From the NCBI GenBank assembly GCA_966238865.1, contig CBILQL010000001.1, positions 1 through 29,813 on the forward strand: a stretch of DNA of 29,813 bases, in the 5' to 3' direction. The notes under the pieces were generated by a model, which was given only the letters and a program-made list of their open reading frames with translations, did not search any database and had not been told where the DNA came from. Made by a program: the position numbers and the translations under genes. The stretch is from an uncultured bacterium (GTDB lineage Bacteria > Fibrobacterota > Fibrobacteria > UBA11236). This document shows positions 23,629-29,813 of this stretch, piece after piece. Every line of letters begins with the position of its first letter. Positions within the stretch are counted from its first letter, which is position 1.

Positions 23629-24246
23629 TCAAATCATCCCCAAGGCCGGATCCCGCTGGTACAGGTAGTCGAGGTCGCAGGCTTCCGCCGGCATCCAGTG
23701 CTTCTCCTTGTCCCACCATTTCACGTTGCAGCCGATGGCGTCGGTGCGGTCCAGGCGCGCCGGGCGGCCGGCCAACATGTCCTCGACCGCCTCCTCCAAT
23801 TCGCGGGTCTGCACCTTGGACGCGTCGCGGGGGCTGTTGTCCATGCGTCCGCTGTAGACGAGCCGGTCGTCCGGGCCGAAGAGGAAATAATGCGGGGTGC
23901 GTTCCGCGCCGTAGGACCGGGCCACCAACTGGGACTCGTCCCGGAGGGACAGCCAGCCGAAGCCCTTCTCGGCCATGCGCGCCTTCACGTGATCGAAGTC
24001 GTCGGCGGGGTGATCCTTGGTCTCGTTGCTGTGGATGGCGGTCATGGAAATGCCCAGGCTCTTCAGCCTGTCGAACAGGGCCACCATGCGATCCTCGCTG
24101 CCCACCACGTAGGGGCAATGGTTGCAGGTGAAGAAGATCAAGGTGCCCTTCGCGCCCTTCACGTCCGCGAAGGTGTGCGTGCCCCCGGTATGGCCGGGAA
24201 GCTTGAAATCCGGGGCCTGGGCCCCCGTGGGAAGTACGAAGCTCAT
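23629..24246 (-). CDS. Thioredoxin-family (AhpC/TSA, redoxin) protein
   Basis: APDFKLP, FTCNHCPYV (CxxC), YGAERTP, YSGRMDN, AIGCNVKW. ATG 24246 follows GAGGAG. Confidence 0.88.
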   Translation of the reverse strand: MSFVLPTGAQAPDFKLPGHTGGTHTFADVKGAKGTLIFFTCNHCPYVVGSEDRMVALFDRLKSLGISMTAIHSNETKDHPADDFDHVKARMAEKGFGWLSLRDESQLVARSYGAERTPHYFLFGPDDRLVYSGRMDNSPRDASKVQTRELEEAVEDMLAGRPARLDRTDAIGCNVKWWDKEKHWMPAEACDLDYLYQRDPALGMI

Positions 24247-24289
24247 GGTCGCGTCTCCTCGTTTTTCGATTGGCGTCGATGTCGTTGGT

Positions 24290-25285
24290 TCATTCGATTC
24301 CGATGGTCTTCCGGATCCGCTGCAGGAAGGGCGCGGCCTCGCTCCGGGCCCGGTCCCGCCCCTGCCGGAGCGTCGCATCCAGGTGGCCCGGATCGGCCAT
24401 GAGGCGCTGGTATTCCCGGCGCGGGCCCGCGAGCCTGGCGTTCAGGGCTTCGAAAAGCGCCTTCTTGGCCGCTCCCCAGCCCATGCCGCCGGCACGATAC
24501 GTCACCCGCAGGCGTTCCTCCTCCGGGCCTTCCACGAACAGCCGGTGCAGGGCGAAGACCGAGCTTTGATCCGGGTCCTTGGGCTCCTCCGGCGTCTGGG
24601 AATTGGTCACGATCTGGTTGACCCGCTTCTGCAGGGCCTTCTCCTCCAGGAAGAGGGGAATGGTATTGTCGTAGCTCTTGCTCATCTTGCGCCCGTCCAG
24701 GCCCAGGATGATCTTCACCTGATCGTCGATGCGCGGCTCCGGCAGCACGAACAGGTCGGCGCCATAGGCGTGGTTGATGCTGGCGGCGATGTCCCGTGCG
24801 ATTTCCAGGTGCTGCTTCTGATCCTGCCCCACCGGAACCACGTTGGCACGGAACATGAGGATGTCAGCGGCCATGAGCACGGGATAGGAGAAGAGACCCA
24901 TGTTGACGTTGAAATCCGGATCGTTCTTCGCCTCCTCGTTCTTGGCCACCGCGTCCTTGTAACTGTGGGCCCGGTTCATCAGGCCCTTGGGCGTGAAGCA
25001 GGCCAGGATCCAGGCCAGCTCCAGGATCTCGGGGATGTCGCTCTGGCGATAGAACACCGAACGCCGGGGATCGAGCCCCATGGCCAGGTAGGTAGCGGCG
25101 ATGCTGCGGGAATGCCCGCGCATCTTCTCCGCGTCGTGGACGGCGTTCAGGGCATGGTAATCGGCGATGAAATAGTAGGTGTCGAATTTCTCAGCCAGGG
25201 CCAGGGCGGGCTTGATGGCACCCAGCCAGTTGCCGAGATGGGGTTCACCGGTGGGTTTGATGCCTGTCAGCGCCCGCAATGCCAT
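24290..25285 (-). CDS. trpS: Tryptophan--tRNA ligase
   Basis: LTGIKPTGEPHLGN (HIGH), YPVLMAADI, VPVGQDQKQH, KMSKS. ATG 25285 follows AAGGAGG. Confidence 0.96.
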   Translation of the reverse strand: MALRALTGIKPTGEPHLGNWLGAIKPALALAEKFDTYYFIADYHALNAVHDAEKMRGHSRSIAATYLAMGLDPRRSVFYRQSDIPEILELAWILACFTPKGLMNRAHSYKDAVAKNEEAKNDPDFNVNMGLFSYPVLMAADILMFRANVVPVGQDQKQHLEIARDIAASINHAYGADLFVLPEPRIDDQVKIILGLDGRKMSKSYDNTIPLFLEEKALQKRVNQIVTNSQTPEEPKDPDQSSVFALHRLFVEGPEEERLRVTYRAGGMGWGAAKKALFEALNARLAGPRREYQRLMADPGHLDATLRQGRDRARSEAAPFLQRIRKTIGIE

Positions 25286-25573
25286 TCTCCATCCTCCTTG
25301 GCCGCAGGCCGCTCGCACGGCCTCGCTCCTTCGCCCCCATTCTGTCAGGGGTTCTTAAATCTAAAAAAAAGGGTGCTGTGCAAATGGGCAGGTGACTTGA
25401 AAGGAACTCATGGCGCCAGGTTTTTTCCGCCCTGCCGGGGGGATATTTTGTACCTTTGGAAAAAGCCTCCCGGACCATTTCCGGGCTGGCGCCGCTTTTC
25501 TTAAGTACTTGAATAACATGATCTTATCCCCAACGAATACAGTGCTTTCGAGGCTCACTGCGGGGCAACGGAT

Positions 25574-26884
25574 ATGAGCGTTCCCTCGCAACCCGAGTAC
25601 GGCATCGAGTACCTCGACACCCAGGAAGCCCTGGAAAAGCTGCTGGGCGTCCTCGATGGCACGGACACCGTCTTCCTGGACCTGGAAGCGGACAGCATGC
25701 ACCACTACTATGCCAAGATCTGCCTCATCCAGATCCTGGTCGGCGACACCTGCTATCTCGTCGATCCCCTCAGCAATATCCCCCTGCAGGGTGTCCTGGA
25801 CCGGCTGTCCGGGAAAATCCTGGTGCTCCACGGCGCGGATTACGATTTGCGCATGCTCTACCAGAGCTCGGGATTCCGTCCCCGCCAGGTGTTCGATACC
25901 ATGCTGGCGGCTCAGCTCCTGGGCAAGCCCGGCTTCGGCCTGGCGGCCCTGGTGCAATCCTATTTCGGCATCACCCTCAAGAAGGACCAGCAGAAGGCCG
26001 ATTGGTCCCAGCGGCCGTTGCCCGCGGGGATGCTCGAATACGGGGCCCAGGACACGTTCTTCCTGCCCGGCCTCTACCAGTCCCTGACCCGGGAATTGCA
26101 GGAGAAGAACCGGCTGTCCTGGCATGAAGAATGCTGCCGCGAGCTGGTGAAGGCCACCGCCACCAGGAAGGAGGTGGACCTCGAGAACAGCTGGCGCATC
26201 GAAGGCTCCTCCAAGATGACGCCCCGGCAGCTGGCGGTGCTCCAGGCCCTTTGGAAATACCGGGACGCGGCCGCCAAGGCGCAGGATCTCCCCAGTTACA
26301 AGATCCTGCCTTCCGATCTGCTGCTGCGTTTTTCCCTGGCCGTGCCGCCCTCCGGCGATCCTCCCCTATTGCCGGGACTTCCCTCCCGCCTCAATCCCAA
26401 GTTCAAGGCGGGATTCATGGAAACGCTCCAGGCGGCCCTCGAACTGCCCGCGGAGCAATGGCCGCAGCCCTTGAAAATCCCCCGCCGGACCACGCCCAGC
26501 CCCAGCCCTATCGTCCTGACCCATCTCAAATCCGTGCGCGATCGCATCGCCAATGAATTGGCCCTGGACCCTTCCCTGCTGGCCACCAAGTCCACGCTGA
26601 CCAATGTGGCCTTGACCGGTGCGGGATCGCGGCAGAAAATCGTGCATGCGGCGAAGTGGATGAAATGGCAGGAGGATCTCCTGCTGGAGCCCTGGCTGGC
26701 CAGGAGCGGTGACAGGATGTCAGAGAAAACCCCGGAGAAAGCCGCGGAGAAGCCTGTCGAGCGGGTCGTGGACAAGCCGGAGCGCATGGCGGATCGGGCC
26801 GGCGAAAAGCCGGAACGGAATGCAGTCCGTGCTCCGGAAGCCCCGAATACGGGCCGGGCCTGGGGCCGCCGTTCGCGCCCCTGA
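25574..26884 (+). CDS. rnd: Ribonuclease D family 3'-5' exonuclease with HRDC domain and a charged C-terminal tail
   Basis: LDLEAD (ExoI), LHGADYDL (ExoII), FDT, QKADWSQRPL, YGAQD (ExoIII), HRDC WKYRD...DLPSYKIL. Confidence 0.85.
   Translation: MSVPSQPEYGIEYLDTQEALEKLLGVLDGTDTVFLDLEADSMHHYYAKICLIQILVGDTCYLVDPLSNIPLQGVLDRLSGKILVLHGADYDLRMLYQSSGFRPRQVFDTMLAAQLLGKPGFGLAALVQSYFGITLKKDQQKADWSQRPLPAGMLEYGAQDTFFLPGLYQSLTRELQEKNRLSWHEECCRELVKATATRKEVDLENSWRIEGSSKMTPRQLAVLQALWKYRDAAAKAQDLPSYKILPSDLLLRFSLAVPPSGDPPLLPGLPSRLNPKFKAGFMETLQAALELPAEQWPQPLKIPRRTTPSPSPIVLTHLKSVRDRIANELALDPSLLATKSTLTNVALTGAGSRQKIVHAAKWMKWQEDLLLEPWLARSGDRMSEKTPEKAAEKPVERVVDKPERMADRAGEKPERNAVRAPEAPNTGRAWGRRSRP
26723..26818 (+). 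repeat. Degenerate 12-nt-period coding repeat (EKTP/EKAA/EKPV/ERVV/DKPE...EKPER)
   Basis: GAGAAAACCCCG, GAGAAAGCCGCG, GAGAAGCCTGTC, GAGCGGGTCGTG, GACAAGCCGGAG in tandem from 26723. Confidence 0.7.
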
Positions 26885-26997
26885 GCGCAGTTCGCATCCA
26901 GCGCCGCCTTCACCCCCAGAATGGCCGACTGGCCTCAAACCACCCCCAACAGCCCAAAGCCGCCGCCCAGGCTCCGGAAGCGGCAACCGCGTTCCTT

Positions 26998-27006
26998 TGC
27001 TATATT
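26998..27006 (+). promoter_or_regulatory. Putative extended -10 element for the tat operon
   Basis: TGCTATATT, 29 nt upstream of ATG 27036; GGAGGT RBS between. Confidence 0.6.
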
Positions 27007-27035
27007 TGAGTGGACTAATTCTCCGGAGGTCGCAC

Positions 27036-27245
27036 ATGCCGCATATCGGACCCATGGAACTTCTCCTGATTTTCCTGGTGGTTGTGCTGCTGTTCGGAGG
27101 CAAGAAAATCCCGGAAATCGCCAAGGGCCTGGGCAAAGGCATCCGCGACTTCAAGTCCTCGCTGGCCGGCGAAGACAAGGACGAGGCCAAGAACCTGGCC
27201 AAGCCCGAACAGAAGACCTCCCAGGATTCCGGCGCCAAGGGCTGA
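27036..27245 (+). CDS. tatA: Twin-arginine translocase subunit TatA/E
   Basis: MPHIGPMELLLIFLVVVLLFGGKKIPEIAKGLGKGIRDFK; GGAGGT RBS. Confidence 0.95.
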   Translation: MPHIGPMELLLIFLVVVLLFGGKKIPEIAKGLGKGIRDFKSSLAGEDKDEAKNLAKPEQKTSQDSGAKG

Positions 27246-27259
27246 GAAAGCGCCTTGCT

Positions 27260-27294
27260 TTCGCCCTCTTCTCCCGGGCGGGACGGAGGGCGAA
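27260..27294 (+). other. Stem-loop between tatA and tatC
   Basis: TTCGCCCTC (27260-27268) pairs with GAGGGCGAA (27286-27294), with an inner TCCC/GGGA stem. No U-tract follows. Confidence 0.6.
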
Positions 27295-27332
27295 GGTCGG
27301 ATTGACGCTTCCGGATCAACCTCCTTTCCGCC

Positions 27333-28118
27333 TTGCCCGTGACCTCCCCCGTGTCCCAGACTCCCTCGCCGACCAGCCTCCCGGATAGCGCCCCGGAGAT
27401 GACGTTCTGGGACCACGTGCAGGAGCTCCGGTCCCGCCTCATCCGCATCCTCATCGGCCTGGCCGCGGGATCGGGCGTGGCCTATTTCTACTGGGAGAAG
27501 ATCTGGGCCCTTCTGGCCCAGCCCATCACCAAGCAGCATCTTGAGGTCGGCTTCATCGCCACGAGCCCGATGGAGACCCTGGTCACCAGCCTCAAGATGT
27601 CGCTGATCTCAGGCGCCATCCTTTCCATCCCCTTCACCATGTGGCATGTCTGGCGCTTCCTGGCCCCGGCCCTGTTCAGCAACGAGCGCAAGCTCTTCCT
27701 CATCGCCTTCTTCTCCTCGGTGGTGATGTTCGCCGTGGGCGCCGCCTTCGCCTATTTCGCCGTGCTTCCGGCCGGGCTCTCCTTCCTCGCCAACTACGCC
27801 CAGGGCGGCGTCACCCAGAGCTGGAAGCAAGGGGACTTCGCCGCCTTCATCAGCCAGTTCATGCTCGCCTTCGGGGTGATCTTCGAGCTTCCCGTGGCCG
27901 CCTTCGTGCTCAGCAACATGGGGCTCATCACCGCCAAGGGCATGTGGAGCTTCTTCCGCTACGCCGTCATCATCATCTTCATCGTCGCGGCCCTGCTCAC
28001 CCCCGGCCCCGATCCCGTATCCCAGCTCATGATGGCGGCGCCGCTCCTCGTCCTCTACCTCCTCTCCATCGGCATCTGCGCGCTGTCGGAGAGGAAGAAG
28101 GCGGAGGCCGAGGCGTGA
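27333..28118 (+). CDS. tatC: Twin-arginine translocase subunit TatC (start uncertain: 27333 TTG or 27399 ATG)
   Basis: MTFWDHVQELRSRL, WRFLAPALFSNER, FGVIFELPV, AALLTPGPDPVSQLMMAAPL. Confidence 0.95.
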   Translation: MPVTSPVSQTPSPTSLPDSAPEMTFWDHVQELRSRLIRILIGLAAGSGVAYFYWEKIWALLAQPITKQHLEVGFIATSPMETLVTSLKMSLISGAILSIPFTMWHVWRFLAPALFSNERKLFLIAFFSSVVMFAVGAAFAYFAVLPAGLSFLANYAQGGVTQSWKQGDFAAFISQFMLAFGVIFELPVAAFVLSNMGLITAKGMWSFFRYAVIIIFIVAALLTPGPDPVSQLMMAAPLLVLYLLSIGICALSERKKAEAEA

Positions 28119-28984
28119 TTTTCGATTCCCTGGGCCTCGGCGAGCTGGGCGTCATCGCCGTGCTCATCATCCTCCTGGTCGAGCCCAAGCAGCTGGGGCG
28201 CATCATGAAGGCCCTGGGGCGCTTCAAGCGCAAGGTGGGCCAGATCCAGAACGAGGTGAAGTCCCAGCTCGACGCCATCGCCGCGGTGGAGGAGGCCAAG
28301 GAGGCCGAGGACAAACGGCATGCGGACAAGGACGCCATGCGGCGCTGGGCCCGGGAGCAGGTGCAGGGGCTCACCGCCGCCGCCAAGGACGAAGCGGCCC
28401 TGGCCATCGCCAACACCCTGGCCGAATGGCCCGGCTACCGGCATGCCAAGGTGGTGTCCTGCTTCGTGGGAACCCTGGACGAGCTCGATACCCTGCCCAT
28501 CCTGCGCCGCATCCTCGCGGACGGGAAGACCCTGCTGGTGCCCTATGTCCGGCCGGCGGGCAGCGAGGGCATCCCGGGCAAGAGCCTGGGGATGGCCGCC
28601 ATCGTCGACCCGGACGCCGATTTGACCGAAGGTGCCTTCCGCATCCTGGAGCCCCGGGAGGAGTTGCGGGACAGCGGGACGACCCCGGCGCCCGATCTGG
28701 TGCTGGTTCCAGGGCTTTGCTTCGATCCCCGGGGTGGACGGCTGGGCAAAGGCTTGGGATTTTATGACAAATACCTGTCCGCCCCGCCGGGGATGGACGC
28801 GGCCAAGGTAGGCCTCTGCTTCGACGTGCAAATCAGCCAGAAAAATTTAGCTTTGGAATCCCATGACCAGCTGCTGGACGCCGTGCTCTCCGAGAAACGT
28901 TTCCTTGTCCTGGCGCCGCCCCGACCGGAATGGGCGGGCCACTCCCCCGCCCCATCCGCTTCGGGGAGCGCTTCCGGGGCCTGA
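28115..28984 (+). CDS. In-frame fusion: TatB-like N-terminal module + 5-formyltetrahydrofolate cyclo-ligase
   Basis: GTG 28115 overlaps the tatC stop (GTGA). Residues 1-~55 (FDSLGLGELGVIAVLIILLVEPKQLGRIMKALGRFKRK) are TatA/B-like. From ~K72 the sequence is YgfA/MTHFS-like (KDAMRR, ELDT, LLVP, GAFRILEP, DLVLVPGLCFDPRGGRLGKGLGFYDKYL, HDQLLD). No stop lies between the two parts. Confidence 0.85.
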   Translation: MIFDSLGLGELGVIAVLIILLVEPKQLGRIMKALGRFKRKVGQIQNEVKSQLDAIAAVEEAKEAEDKRHADKDAMRRWAREQVQGLTAAAKDEAALAIANTLAEWPGYRHAKVVSCFVGTLDELDTLPILRRILADGKTLLVPYVRPAGSEGIPGKSLGMAAIVDPDADLTEGAFRILEPREELRDSGTTPAPDLVLVPGLCFDPRGGRLGKGLGFYDKYLSAPPGMDAAKVGLCFDVQISQKNLALESHDQLLDAVLSEKRFLVLAPPRPEWAGHSPAPSASGSASGA

Positions 28985-29017
28985 CGCAATCCATACGCTG
29001 TCCGGCGGGAGGGCGGC

Positions 29018-29813
29018 ATGAAGGCCATACTCGCGCTCGAGGACGGATCCGTCTTCGAAGGGGAAAGCTTCGGCGCCGAGAAGGAAGGCGCGGGCGAGGT
29101 CTGCTTCAACACCTCCATGACCGGATACCAGGAGATCCTCACCGATCCCTCCTATTCCGGCCAGATGGTCTGCCTCACCTATCCCGAGATCGGCAATTAC
29201 GGCATCAACCTGGAAGACGTGGAAAGCAAGCGTATCCAGGCCGCCGGGCTCATCGTCAAGAACGTCTGCGACTACCCCTCCAATTGGCGGGCCGGCTCCG
29301 GCGAGGCCGCCGCCGGCAAGACCGTGCGGCTGTCCGACTACCTGAAGTCGCAGGGCATCCCGGGGATTTCCGGCATCGACACCCGGCGCCTGGTGCGCAT
29401 CCTGCGGGAGACCGGCGCCAAGAACGGCGTCATCGTGATCGGCGAGGTGGACGCCAGGGCCGCCGTGGCCAAGGCCAAGGCCGTGCCCGACTTCTCCGGC
29501 TTCGATTTCGTGCGCAAGGTCACGGTCTCCGGCACGGAGAACTGGTCGGAGCGGGAGCATGCCCTGAGCTTCCGCCCCATCCCGGACCGCAAGCCGCGCT
29601 ATACCATCGCCGCCATCGACTACGGCGCCAAGTACAACATCCTCCGCAAGCTCCGCACCCTGGGCGCCGAGGTGGTGCGCTTCCCGGCGGACGCCAAGCC
29701 CGAAGAGGTGCTGGCCTGCAATCCCGACGGCGTGTTCCTCTCCAACGGCCCCGGCGATCCGGCCCAGCTGGACTACGCCGTGGACACCATCAAGGATCTC
29801 CTGGGCAAGCGGC
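29018..29813 (+). CDS. carA: Carbamoyl-phosphate synthase small subunit, 5' part; runs off the right edge
   Basis: Manual translation: MKAILALEDGSVFEGESFG, GEVCFNTSMTGYQEILTDPSY, GISGIDTRRL, IDYGAKYNILR, FLSNGPGDP. GGAGG RBS. Confidence 0.96.
   Translation, partial: MKAILALEDGSVFEGESFGAEKEGAGEVCFNTSMTGYQEILTDPSYSGQMVCLTYPEIGNYGINLEDVESKRIQAAGLIVKNVCDYPSNWRAGSGEAAAGKTVRLSDYLKSQGIPGISGIDTRRLVRILRETGAKNGVIVIGEVDARAAVAKAKAVPDFSGFDFVRKVTVSGTENWSEREHALSFRPIPDRKPRYTIAAIDYGAKYNILRKLRTLGAEVVRFPADAKPEEVLACNPDGVFLSNGPGDPAQLDYAVDTIKDLLGKR

Noticed and set aside
25286-25573. T-box or attenuator upstream of trpS (A8/T8 tract at 25363-25370)
   Set aside because: No T-box consensus, no Trp-codon leader peptide, and no clear GC stem directly before the T tract.
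28000-28340. 6S RNA gene, often upstream of 5-FCL (ygfA)
   Set aside because: The region upstream of the 5-FCL domain is fully coding (tatC and the TatB-like segment), leaving no space for it.
1-29813. CRISPR array, tRNA/rRNA, IS or prophage elements
   Set aside because: I saw no regularly spaced repeat-spacer series, tRNA cloverleaf, rRNA-like tract, transposase, integrase or phage structural gene.

Overview
GC-rich bacterial chromosomal window. The lineage cannot be fixed from sequence alone; it is a diderm with lipoproteins, a probable outer-membrane barrel and a Tat system. The left ~12.8 kb is a pseudaminic-acid-type (nonulosonate) glycosylation locus. A tightly coupled minus-strand operon runs: 1200-aa multidomain glycosyl/methyltransferase, pseC, Gfo/Idh/MocA oxidoreductase, SpsF-type cytidylyltransferase fused to a class-III aminotransferase, pseG, two different formyltransferases (the first with an in-frame TAA at codon 17), PIG-L de-N-acetylase, pseI (partial). 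pseB is transcribed divergently. No PseH-type acetyltransferase is visible in the window, so the tailoring set suggests an N-formylated and possibly additionally aminated nonulosonate (inference). The right ~17 kb is mostly housekeeping: RlmI-like methyltransferase, secreted Kelch protein, putative OM barrel/EEP lipoprotein/HsdR-N operon, MauE/DoxX, metF, PLP aminotransferase, SAM methyltransferase, PA0069-type radical SAM, redoxin, trpS, RNase D, tatA, tatC, an apparent in-frame TatB/5-formyl-THF cyclo-ligase fusion, and carA (partial). I recognised no rRNA, tRNA, CRISPR array or mobile element. The best leads are the unusual nonulosonate tailoring module and the TatB-folate enzyme fusion. 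All family calls come from motif recognition by eye; no searches were run.
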